The translations under genes were made by a program, and so were the position numbers. The notes under the pieces are model-generated. The model was not told the origin of the DNA, ran no database searches, and was given only the letters and a program-made list of their open reading frames with translations. Below are positions 63,821-64,000 of a stretch of DNA of 64,000 nucleotides, one piece after another (the stretch's first letter is position 1; each line of letters begins with the position of its first letter). Origin of the DNA: Histomonas meleagridis 2922-C6/04-290x (Eukaryota > Protista > Parabasalia); assembly GCA_020184695.1 (NCBI GenBank), contig JAANOX010000207.1, positions 293,819-357,818 of the forward strand, read 5' to 3'.

Positions 63821-64000
63821 AAGCTATTTGCATAAAAAATCCATTTTTAAGATCGTGAAAAACAATTGTTCCTTAAATTTAAATCTTTATTTATGAATAC
63901 TTTAAGTTAAAAATTATATTACTTGTGGTGCATATATGAAAAAATTAAATTTTTATGATCCTGATGACAATTATTTTGCATTGATTAATCAATTAATCAA

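Noticed and set aside
1-64000. Alternative genetic code (TAA/TAG reassigned) as the cause of the broken ankyrin genes
   Set aside because: Conserved genes end normally at TAA/TGA, and most blocks also shift the frame, which read-through cannot fix.

Overview
AT-rich, gene-dense eukaryotic DNA, most likely from a parabasalid (Histomonas/Tritrichomonas-like). This is inferred from BspA-type LRR genes, DUF3447-type ankyrin genes, multi-TM cyclase-like genes and Trichomonas-type M2/M3/M5 promoter motifs. About 27 ordinary uninterrupted genes are recognisable, including Rictor-like (missed by the ORF track), PQ-loop transporter, GEX1/Brambleberry-like, DHHC, Hsp70, WASHC3, ARL13, TKL and AGC kinases, PNO1, RPL6, TTLL, 3R-Myb, Sly1, importin-beta-like, CCDC39, CFAP57 and ACAP-like. 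The main result concerns five ankyrin-repeat loci (1.6-1.8, 9.2-10.3, 20.9-21.2, 23.6-24.9 and 61.6-63.8 kb). They look broken, but their inter-repeat linkers are built from tandem 20-nt units: a 17-nt non-GT-AG, T-rich spacer (starting ATT/GTT/TTT/AAT, mostly ending TTT) followed by ONE codon. Removing the 70 spacers (69 of 17 nt, one of 18 nt) restores open frames and textbook ankyrin D/N-x-x-G-x-T linkers (NSKGKT, DKRGNT, DNYGDT, NNRGET, NKYGKT, NEYGYT, NRYGLS). This points to an apparently undescribed system of serial non-canonical micro-introns with 3-nt micro-exons, or an equivalent recoding mechanism. All parsing was done by eye; the mechanism is inference and needs cDNA or peptide evidence.
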